Below are positions 12,843 to 24,030 of a DNA stretch of 64,000 nucleotides, one piece after another. The translations under genes and the position numbers were made by a program. Under the pieces are notes generated by a model, which worked only from the letters and a program-made list of their open reading frames with translations, had not been told where the DNA came from and searched no databases. The stretch covers positions 636,422 through 700,421 of the forward strand of contig NC_092678.1 in NCBI RefSeq assembly GCF_964355755.1, given 5' to 3'. Position 1 is the first letter of the stretch. Each line of letters opens with the position of its first letter. The DNA comes from Antedon mediterranea (taxonomy: Eukaryota; Animalia; Echinodermata).

Positions 12843-13121
12843 TTTATCTGTTTTAATTTTGCACACGTCGCACGGCGGTTATTGTTTTGATTTTGGCAGA
12901 AGACCAAACTTTTGGCCTTCAATGAACAAGCGATTGGCCAATCAAATTCACCACATCATAGACACACCTTCAAGCACGTGTTCAATATACGTCATTAAAA
13001 TGCGTAAAACAAAAACAAAACACAAACGAATAGGCCTCTAAAACTGGTTATCACCGGATGAAAACAGAAGAGGTGTTTGTGGTTGCAGATAAAAGCACAC
13101 GAGAAAATATTGCCAAGAAAT
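12843..13121. promoter_or_regulatory. Putative bidirectional promoter shared by UROC1 and HAL
   Basis: 279 bp between the divergent ATGs. It contains a perfect palindrome GATTGGCCAATC (a CCAAT box on each strand, 12932-12943), an E-box CACGTG (12975-12980) and a CRE-like TACGTCA (12988-12994). Confidence 0.75.
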
Positions 13122-16100
13122 ATGAAAATTAATGTAAGAATTCGTGACGAATGGTTGTTAATTCCATGTCGAAATAACAACAGAAATAAAGGTAATACAG
13201 TGGAATGGTTGTGTGAAGAATCTATGCGACGATACAGCGAACAGTGCGCTTACGCGGCGGCTGATGGAGGAGGAGATCGCGTGGTTGAAATCAGGAAAAC
13301 ACAAGGAGGAAGCCTCCTGTACCCGTACGACTCGATCGAAGATGTTTTAGATGAAAATGACTTTGTTTATGCTGGTAAATAGCCAACTTATTATATTCAT
13401 ATTTTCACATATTTCATAAATTAAATCATGTTTAACATAGTTGAATTTGGTTTATCTTTGGGTTTTTTATATATATATCATAGTTTTTTTTTTCTTTTGG
13501 TTCAAAAGTAATATAATAACGTAATACTGATAATGTTTACATCTTAAAAATACAAAATAATATTTTCCTAAATATCCCTACCATGCCTAGATAGGTATGA
13601 AACCTGTATATATTTCCTGTTGTGTATTATTATATATTTATAATAAGTACCAAGGTCTTAGTTCCATATGGCATTGATCTTATAATGCATGTTGATCCTC
13701 CGACTGCAACAGAATTCATCGTTGATAATCTAGGCCTATGCCTTTATTGTCAATGTTTAATACCAATTTTTTTACTATAGATTGTTAAATCAGTAAAATA
13801 GCAAAAAACAATTACTTTACAATGTAAACTGTAATGCGTTTGTCATGAATGTATACATATAGTTCTATCTGCTTAAACCTAAGAATCAGAGCAAGGCATT
13901 GGAATACACCTTGACTTTTCAACGCCATTGATTACCATACGCCTTGTGTTAGATAACAAACCTAACACTGTGAGTCTGAACATACCCTTAGAGGTATGAA
14001 ACCTATATGTATTTCCTGTTGTGTATTTTTTTGTATAACTTCTAGTTCCATAATGCGTTGATCTTAATGCACCTTGATCTTCCACCTGCCACACAATTCA
14101 ATGTTGATAATCCACAACCACTTTACTACATAATTAAAAGTTTAATTATTTGACCTTTTTTGTATAGTGCTCGAGAGTGACCTTAAGAAAAAAGATGTTA
14201 TTATGAACCAAAATGGGATGAATGGGTAAGACATTCAATTCCAAAATGTAATATTTTTAAAATCATTACAATTTTAATATTGTTTGTTTACATTTTTTGT
14301 TACTAAACTATTTAAGACACCTACAGTACAACCTTATACATTTTGACACAAACAAAATGTGATGTAATGTTATCAATTTTTATTATAATATTAAAAATTA
14401 ATAACAAGAATACCATGAGATTTATTTTCTTCCTTTCTGTCTTCAGAGTTTCTTACCCAACAACCAATTGTCCAGAAGCAAAAGAAGTAGGTTATATTTT
14501 GTGTTTGATCTACTTTTACTTTTTTTTATATAATTGAAAATATGTTCATGGTAAATGGCTAAAATAAATATTACTGTGGAGTAATCAGGAGTAATTAATG
14601 AAACTGGTTGAAGGTTCCATCCAAAAGTAAATAAAAGATTTTTATTCTTAACCAAATTTTGCCTGGTCACACTTGGACCATAGGTCCATGCTTGGACAAT
14701 GGTCTCTCTTGTGCATTTAACAAGTGATAAGTACACTTGATTAAATAAAGCATCATATGAGGTGGTACCTCCCTTAAAAAAACATTGTAAAACAATTTGC
14801 TACTTTAAAACATAAATATTTTTTGTGGATTTCAAGTTTTATTTTTTTTTAGTTTTAAGTTAGAATCTAGATAAAAATAGGTTTGTTTTGTGATACTGAA
14901 TCTGCCTTAAATGACCATTAATCAAATTCAATATTGATTTTTAGTTTAATACCACACAGTAGGCCTATATTGATTAAAACCATAGGCCTCAGGCATTCAG
15001 CAGTGTACTATCTCATGTCATTGGTAATCGTATTATATTGATTGTTGGCAAAATCAATAACATACACGTAAAGTGTGAACACTGTTTGTAGTAGGCCTAA
15101 ATCTTTATTTAATAAAAAAATATTATAATCAGTTGTTTTTCTTTATGTTTTTGAGTAAAAACCTTACCTATTTATCAAGTAAAATGTTCCTAAAAAGTAT
15201 CAATAAAGGTACGTATTTTTATTTATAGTACATTGGGTTGGACGGCAACTCTTTGATGCCAGCCGATCTTATTCGACTTGGAAAAGGAGAACTTAAAATT
15301 AAGGTACAATTAAGTCTTTTTTATGAATGTTTACATAAAATTTATAGTATAAAATAATGAGGATAGTAAATATCAGTGTCTTTCACATTTATATTAATAA
15401 CTGTTAATTAAATTTATTTTAATTTTAAGCGTTCTTTCTTTGTGCCTACTCTAAGTAATTTGAGAGTTTGAGAGATAATTTGCAAGAGTTGTCTTTCCAC
15501 GAGAAGACTTAATGTAGGTCGCTCTTCCAATATTTATTTTTTTATTAATATATGATTTTTTATCTTTCAAACTATTTCTTTTTATTTTAAGTTAACTAAG
15601 AAATCAGAAATAGCAGTTGAAAATGCACGAGAGCTTCTCAACACCATTGTAAAGGAAAACAAAGGTAATTTGCTTTAATAAAAAACAAATCAATTTTTTA
15701 ATTTCACTTTTAAAATAATGTTTACAACGACTGGTTATAATATTAAATTAACTTTTTGTAATTGTTCTTGTAGTTGCTTATGGCGTTACAACAGGTTTTG
15801 GCAAATTCGCAAGAGTTGTCATTCCACGAGAAGATTTAATGTAGGTCGCTCTTCCCATTATATTTTTTTAATAGAAAAATTAAATTTATTAATACCTTGT
15901 TTGAAATAATAAAAACAATTTAAAATTATTATTTATTTTGTCAGTGAATTGCAGTTGAATTTGATACGATCACATGCCGCTGGCGTTGGCCAACCGCTTC
16001 CACCTAAACATGTGCGTAAGTTGATGGCGTTAAGAATCAACGTTCTTGCGAAAGGTCACAGTGGTATTTCGTTACCGGTATTGCAACAGATTATACAAGC

Positions 16101-19100
16101 TTTTAATGGTAAGTCTTTTTTTCTTATTTTAATCTTATGACTCAGAATTTCACATTTATCGAACTTTCTTTTTGTATTCAAATTGTGATTATTTTTCATT
16201 TTAATGTGGACCTATACAATTTCTTAAATCTTGACACTTTTCCAGCAAACTGCTTGCCATGGGTACCAGAGAAAGGAACCGTAGGGGCCAGCGGTGACTT
16301 GGCACCCCTTGCTCACCTTGCCCTTGGTATGTTAGGTGAGGGCAAAATGTGGAGTCCAAAAAGTGGTTGGGCAGATGCCAAAAGTGTGAGTATTTCAAAT
16401 AAAGTACGATTTCCTATTATTATATTCCATCCCAACAGGGAGTTGTAACTCTCTGTTCCCAGGATATCTCACTGGATATCTTAGACTTTATAGTAAATCT
16501 TTCAAAATTCTTCCTATTTTTTCCATATTCTTTATGTTATAATTAAACTGTTTACAAATGCCTACAGAGTTTGGCCAAATTCAATGACTACTTTGATTGT
16601 TGTATGAAGGTTAAGACTCAAGTAAATATGTATGATAGATTAAATTTAATAACCTCCTACCACCTAATAACTACTTAATTATAAATGCAACCAAGTATAA
16701 AAGAGCCTTCAAAAGTAACCATTTGATTGGTCAGTTTTACAAAAGGATCAAAACCAGATTCTGATTAGCATGCCAACAGAAGTGGAGGGTAAAGGATTTA
16801 TAATCTTTTTAACCTTTTATTAAACTGACCATGGTCTAACGATCTCATACTAAAACACCCTCTTATTCGCACCTTTCTTTTATGTAAATAATAATACTGT
16901 TTTCAAAACAAATTTCTGTTAATTCCTTTAATGGACAAATAAAGCCATTACTTCTATTATTAATACTTATTGTTCCTTTAATACGGCTCTTGTGGCTTGT
17001 CAGCTTTACATTGATTGTTTGTTTTTTAGGTGTTAGAAGCACATGGTCTAAAACCAGTGACGTTAGGAGCAAAAGAGGTACGTCAGTTTGTCACTTATCT
17101 GACAAACTTTAGCAGTGACTGCTTTTTGATGTTTAAATCAAATTAATTCATAAGCAATTATTATTGATTATTAATTTAATAGCAAAGATCCAAGGCAGTT
17201 GATTCAGATAGTTTAAAATCTTTTTAATGTGTATGGGTGCAATACTTTTTATAATAAACATATACAAATGCTTATAGCTATTATTATCTTGTTTAGGGTA
17301 TTGCATTAATCAATGGAACACAGTTAATCACATCTATTGGTTGTGAAGGTAGGCAAAAATCATTCTCTTCATGCAATTTGGAAAATATTATGCATTTGTG
17401 AAAAGTTCCTTTGCAATTTTGTATCCAATGCGCCTAACTTAGTACTGTTAAAGTCTTCGAATCAAATGATATAGTAAATTTTACAATTTTGTTTATGTAA
17501 AGACAGAAAATTTCGATTAAATTGTAAAATGTTTTCTTCCTACTTTAGCCCTTGAAAGAGCAACATCTGTTGCTAGGCAGGCGGATATTGTGGCTGCTCT
17601 GTCACTTGAAGTCCTCAAAGGGACGACTGCTGCTTTTGATAGTGGTAAATTATTTAATATTTATTATGTAGGATAGAGATAAAATAACCAACCAAAACAT
17701 TTAAAAACAGAAAATGATACTTATTTTAAACAACTTTACTTTCCCAACAAATTTTTCTGGATGATTAAATGAATTATTGTACTGTCCTGTACAAATCATG
17801 ATAATCTCTTCTTTCATTTTTTATAAATCTTCTTGAATTAGTCATCACACAAATGGTTAATGTAATTATTATCATCCTCTAAGTTTACCAGGGTCCCTTC
17901 CAAGTTTTACCAGGGTCCCTTCCAAGTTTTACCAGGGTCCCTTCCAAGTTTTACCAGGGTCCCTTCCAAGTTTTACCAGGGTCCCTTCCAAGTTTTACCA
18001 GGGTCCCTTCCAAGTTTTACCAGGGTACCTTCCAAGTTTTACCAGGGTCCCTTCCAAGTTTTACCATAGCCACTTTCAATACGACTGGGCCCATTTCTTA
18101 ACTTCGGTGATATTATTAAAGATCCATGTTTAAACATAAAACATAATTTATACATTTACCTTTTTAATTACTTTATGTTAAATTCTACTATTTGCATTCA
18201 CAAAATGAATTTTAAAATATTGTTGTCTTTTAGATGTTCACAGGGTCAGACCACACAAAGGTCAAGGCATGGTTGCCCAGCGACTGCGTTCCTTGCTTCA
18301 TTCAGATTTGTTCCCATCAGGCATTGCAGAAAGTCATCGCTTTTGTGATCGAGTTCAAGATGCCTATACCCTAAGATGTTGTCCACAAGTAAATATAATT
18401 TGTTTGAAATATTTTTTCCCCTCAAATTTGAGTAACCAATGTGAAAGAGTTAACTTTAATTTGGATAAATATTACAGAATCTATTGGAAGGCTTCCAAAA
18501 TACTCCTTTTAAAGTATTACTACGATCTATTTTTATTTATTCTTTCTTTTCACTTGATGACGCAGAGAGAGATTAAAGTCTATCCTTAAATCCTTATCCT
18601 AAGTCATTAACTTTATCCCTGATTCACTTTCATTACATTTTTGTGTAGGTGCATGGCATTGTACATGACACGATTGATTTTGTAAGAGGCATCATTACAA
18701 CAGAGATGAATAGTGCAACGGACAATCCTGTATCCTTCATTATTCATTAACAAATATTAAACTATTTAAAATAAAGCTTCACATGGCAAAAAACACAATA
18801 AAAACAGAAAAGTGCCAATTAGTGAATATCAACCTAGTCAGCTCCTACTCAACTAGTTAATGTAGCAGTATTATAATTTAAAAGTGTAAATAACATTTCT
18901 ACTTAGTCCGGGACATACCCAAAGTTGTATGACTAGATTCCTCTATAACTTCCTATCTGCCATTGTGACAGCTAGTTCTTCTCTCAGCATACCAGTATTA
19001 GTCTCTAGTACAGCAATATGCGAGTGCTGGTCTTCCTTGTTTTGCAAGCCCAAGTACTTAGTAAAGAGGGTTAAAAACGTTCAACTTCCTTCACGAAATA

Positions 19101-21978
19101 CTAGATTATTTTTGCTGAGCGTGGGGAAATTGTATCTGGTGGTAATTTTCACGGTGAATATCCTGCTAAGGTGTTAGATTATCTTGCCATCGCAGTTCAC
19201 GAGCTTGCTAGTATGAGCGAGAGAAGAATCGAAAGATTGGTCAATTCTGGTGAGTGCTTTAAAACAGCTACAGTAAACTTCTCTAGAATAGAATTCCTAA
19301 TGCTTGGTTTCCACATGGATGAAATTTAAAGACACCTTCCCTACGTTTTTTAGATCTAATTTAAGATCACAAACTATATTTAATGTAAAAATAATACTAT
19401 ATGGTCCTATTGCGATAACTTTTTTCGTCTTTAAATGGTTAAAAATGTGAAAAATAAGTAGATTCTAATAATTATAGCGGCCCGCTATAAATCGCAAAAT
19501 GCAATGCGCGCAGATTAATATTTTTGTTTTTCTTCTGTAATTCACCCACTTTTGGATCAAACTGTCACTTGCGATTGATTAACACACTTACAATTGTGCA
19601 TACATCATTATGTCTAAGGAAGCATGTCAAAATTATAGTGCCGCATCACAACATGGTAGCTGCGTCATAAAGGTATTCTTTCGTTACTGAGGTGGTTTGT
19701 AGTCGTTTTTGGCTTTTGAATATGAATTGTGAGTATTTCGTTTACTGCGTTGTCATTCAGTACATGCGGTCAACGATCTAGCTTTAACAATTCAAGTGCA
19801 AACAAAGCATTATAACTTAGGCGATGGTGAATCTATTAGTATATCATATTAGCACGACCATTCTCTATTATAATAATTACAATATAATAATTTTTTTCCA
19901 GCGTATAGTGAACTCCCAGCATTCCTTGTCAAAGATGGCGGTCTTAATTCTGGCTTTATGATGGCTCACTGTACAGCAGCATCACTTGGTAAACTTGATA
20001 TTTGCATATTCACAAAATAACAATAATAATTTGCATACTGTATTCCACAAACAAGTAGAGGTCTACATTCCAATATGTGGCTTTGTTAAGATGTCCCATT
20101 GCTACTTCTTCCAAACTTTGTTCCAATAGGAAAAATAATTCAGGGGTTCTAGATGCATCAATTCCATTTTCCGCCAATTACAGGATGGATAAACTATTTA
20201 ATAATTTATCATGCTTTTAAACTAAGTCTCATTTGAGGCTTAGGGAGTGGAGTTCAAACAGTTACCCCTGCCACTAGGTCAAATAAATATTGGTCCGTAA
20301 GTATGCAGACCACTTTTAATGGATGTTATTAAACCATTTCTAAAAAAAAACATTTCTTGTATTGCAGTATCTGAAAACAAGGTGTTGACGCATCCATCAT
20401 CCGTTGATTCCCTATCAACAAGCGCTGGCACTGAAGACCATGTTTCTATGGGAGGATTTGCTGCTCGTAAGGCGTTGCAAGTTGTAGAACATGTTGAGCA
20501 AGGTAAGATCTCAAATCTCATTGTCTAAAAAAACAACGTGGTCATATAAAACATCCACTTACAACTCTTCATAACAAATTTGTTCAATCTTTTATCAACT
20601 AAAAGTCGTGGTAAGTCATGTCTCGGGTCCATTCTATAGTCGCCGTACAGATAGGCTACTACATCAGTACTTTCTATGAATGGATGGCTAGTTGGTGACA
20701 AGAACGCTAGTTGATCATACCCAGTACCGTTTTGATTTGGCGATCATTCAGGAAAGCGCTTCACAACATCATACAATATACAGTAACAACCAACTATAAA
20801 AACTTCCGGACTTGAACGCAGGAGACAACAAGTACCAAGCCACAAAACCACTGTTATTTATTGCAAAGCCTCTATACAGTACACTTAGAAACAAAGCATG
20901 AATCTAACAAGTTCTTTTTCTTCACCTATTCAGTAATTGCAATTGAGTTGTTGGCTGCCTGCCAAGGTATTGAATTCCTTCGGCCATTGAAAACAACAGA
21001 ACCGTTGGAAGCTCTTCACAAGTTAGTCCGTTCTTACGTCAAGTAAGTTCACATTGAGTGGTGGTAGTGTTCTGAATAATCTAATCTCTGAATTTCTGAA
21101 TCAAATCTCTGATTGATGGTTGTTTTATTTGAAACTCAAGAACTTCATGTTTTATCTGAATATATTGTTAGTAATATTATCATACTATAATGCACAGTTC
21201 TTCAACATGTTATGCCCTAAAGACTTTGCTTACTGAACTAATTTGTATTAAAGTTTGTTTTTTAAAACTTTGTAGACCTTGGGATAAAGATCGTTATTTT
21301 GCACCTGATATTGAAGTTGCTCATCAGCTGATTAAGGAAGGAAAGGTAATTCAATTCTTTGAAATTGTTGTAATTTACATACTGTAATATGTATAGTGTA
21401 CCATTTGGTCGTTATATCTGATTGCTGCCTTTATTGACGACCAGCCTCTCACTTAGCGCCCCCACCCAATGACGTTGATTGCCAATTTAAATAATAATAA
21501 TAATAATAATGTTTCTCCTATTCAATGTATAAAAACACTATATATCATATACAGTAGATTAAAGAAGTCTGCCATTGTTCTTTATACAGTACTAGAGTCT
21601 TGCGTATAATTATTACTTTATTATTCATTTGAATTCTAGGTATGGGAGGCTACCAAGCCATATATGAAAAGATAACATTCTGCCATTTAATGTATAAAAA
21701 AACCTACAGTATACTGTATATAACATAATATCTACCTATAGACTAAAAGAAGTCTGCAACAATTGTCCCTATACACATTTATACTCGAGTCTGGAGATTA
21801 TAATACTTATTATTCATTTTAATTCTAGGTATGGGAGGCCACGGAGCCATATATGAAAAGATATAAAAATGAGCAATTGAAGGAAACAAGAGCGCAATCT
21901 CCGTCAACAAGTTCACTCGCTTCATTGAGAAAACGCAAGCGTGTGAAACAACCGTTAGCTGCTCAACATAAGGTCTAA
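13122..21978 (+). CDS. HAL: Histidine ammonia-lyase (histidase), 19 coding exons, about 665 aa
   Basis: Exons: 13122-13374, 14168-14225, 14447-14486, 15229-15303, 15592-15664, 15774-15840, 15945-16108, 16246-16385, 17030-17077, 17297-17348, 17549-17644, 18234-18388, 18649-18729, 19105-19249, 19902-19988, 20368-20502, 20934-21042, 21276-21345, 21829-21978. Has a Par3/HAL-type N-terminal domain, [16 protein letters not shown], the MIO motif [14 protein letters not shown] (ASG at 16287-16295), [23 protein letters not shown] and EDHVSMG. Confidence 0.97.
17881..18066. repeat. 22-bp minisatellite, about 8 copies
   Basis: Unit caagttttaccagggtcccttc. Confidence 0.93.
18730..19104 (+). other. U12-type (minor spliceosome) GT-AG intron in HAL
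   Basis: The 5' splice site is GTATCCTTC. A U12-like branch sequence TTCCTTCAC (19086-19094) lies about 10 nt before the AG, and there is no polypyrimidine tract. Confidence 0.85.
18895..19060 (-). mobile_element. Degenerate 3' fragment of an RTE-like LINE
   Basis: Minus-strand translation [20 protein letters not shown] resembles the C-terminus of RTE ORFs and is followed by a taagta-like tail. Confidence 0.5.
21640..21675 (+). CDS. HAL: Duplicated short HAL terminal exon ([11 protein letters not shown]), either an alternative last exon or a decoy
   Basis: ttattcatttgaattctag|GTATGGGAGGCTACCAAGCCATATATGAAAAGATAA is a diverged copy of the acceptor and start of exon 21829-21978. Confidence 0.55.
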   Translation, partial: VWEATKPYMKR

Positions 21979-23690
21979 ATGACCTTATATGGTGTTAATT
22001 GACCATTTCAATGCAAAAGATAGGACAACGGACACTTAATGTTACAATGTTTAGGCTCTTGCACTTAATGTTACAATGTTTAAGCCCTTGCTTAATTCAT
22101 TGATATTGCTAACATAATAGTAAAGTGTTTTAGAATTTTAAATAATGCTTAAAAAGCAATAGATTATGTACTTTTGTTTAACTTGCCACAACAATACTAT
22201 ATAATATGATTAAAATCACTGCATGGGCACTGCTTTTAAAATTAATGCACAGACCAAGAAAGAGGATAAATGCATGCCTTATTTGGTCATTCAAATTTAC
22301 TTTGGATCATGTGTAGGTTTACAATGATCATTACTTTTATTAAATCTCTAAACAGGTTTAGAGAGTTTGAATTAAATTTGAAATGACAGGGATATGTAAA
22401 TAGTAAACAGCAACGTTTCACAACCTATCCAGACCGAATGAATTATGGCATTTGGTCAGTAACCTGTGACATGGATGGTGGGTAGTGGTTGCTGAACTTA
22501 ACTTAATGTTACTGTTGATTTACACAGTTTAACTGTAATATAAGCTTATCTTAAATTTACAGATATTTGTATAATGTTTAATAGATGTTTTGTTGCAGGC
22601 CTATTAATTTAACCTGCATTCCAAGGTACAGTGCAACAAAATGTAAAATTATTAAAATAATCATGGGTGCAGGATTAACTACACAGTACTTACTATAAAC
22701 TGCAATCAATGTTAAGTAGTATATTATAACACCTAAATAAATTCCTGTAATTTGATTGGACGATTGTGGGTCACATGGCGTGCAATTAGGTAGTATATAT
22801 TATTATCAGTTCCTGCATTCCAATAGGACAGCTATCAAACTAAATATAATGTACTACTTAATACAGTATCTAAGCACCATAGGTTCTGGCATTCCGTAAT
22901 ACTTAATGATATAAATCAAATGATTTTTGCCTTAAAATAATTAGTGTGCTTTAGTTTGTGCCACTGTCCTAAAAAAAATGTAATATAAAATATTAAATTG
23001 TTCTTTTTTTAATGAGATATTGCAAAAAAAAACCTTTGTAGAAAAATAAAAGTTTGGATGTTCATTGACTTACCATATCTTCTCTTTATTTCCGTTAGCT
23101 AGTAGACCTAAGCTTACCTAGACGCTCCTAGGTCGCCACGCCGCCATACTCTAGTGGTACACTCATACTTCAGTAGACTTACCAGTCTAATACATCTAGC
23201 TAGGCCTAGCCTAGTCTTACAGTAAATTCATTTCACAAGATCAAAGCTGATAAATATGATATGCTTGATAAAAAATATATATTCAGGAAGAAAAACATGT
23301 GAGAAACCAAAATTAAAAAACATGAAAGATGTAGGCATTGGTGGTACTTTTAAATGCTTATTACTACACACCAGACGACTAAGTTCGTGGCTTAAAAACA
23401 ACGAAAAGAAAAAGTTTTGGTGACGACTAAACTATAGAGGACGTTTTTTAAAAAGCAATACGCATGCTCACAAACAATGTACATTTTTTGAATGTTGATG
23501 TTTTGACGTTGTTGTTGATCGTTTTTTTGTCAACAGAGTTAAATATTAGGCCTGGTGGTTAATTCTACTTACTTACGTGTATGTAACTACGTAATATTTG
23601 TTCAGATATATCTAGCAGGTATATACATTAAGCATAATTAGACAGGACTAGCTAGATTACCTAGTAGGCATTTCCTAGGCCGATCAAAAC

Positions 23691-23940
23691 TGGCGGGAAT
23701 TCTCACACACAGCTACTGTTGTTGGACGCGTGCGGCGAAACAGTTGTCGGTGCTGGTGTTCTTGAACGATTCGTCCCTCTCTTACCTGTGCAGTGGAGTC
23801 GTATAGTTAGGCTTACTAACTACACTCTACTAGGCTTAGGACCTACATATAACTTATTATAAAATAAGAGATTGGTCTACTATTAAATTACAGAGATTAA
23901 TTTGTACAAAAATTACTAGGCCTATTTTGAAATTTGAATA
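23691..23940 (+). promoter_or_regulatory. Putative cell-cycle promoter elements upstream of NDC80
   Basis: E2F-like TGGCGGGAA at 23691 in a CpG-richer patch, and CHR-like TTTGAA motifs near 23926-23938. The ATG is directly preceded by an acceptor (tttgtagaag), implying a non-coding first exon. Confidence 0.4.
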
Positions 23941-24030
23941 TTTCAAAATAGGCCTAGGGCCTAGCCTAGTTCTACTTTTACTACTGTAATTATAATATAA
24001 CAAAGGCCTTCAATTTTATGTTTGTAGAAG

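Noticed and set aside
1-21978. Horizontally acquired bacterial hut operon or contamination
   Set aside because: Both genes have many spliceosomal introns, one of them U12-type, and animal-specific N-terminal regions, and they are divergent rather than co-directional.
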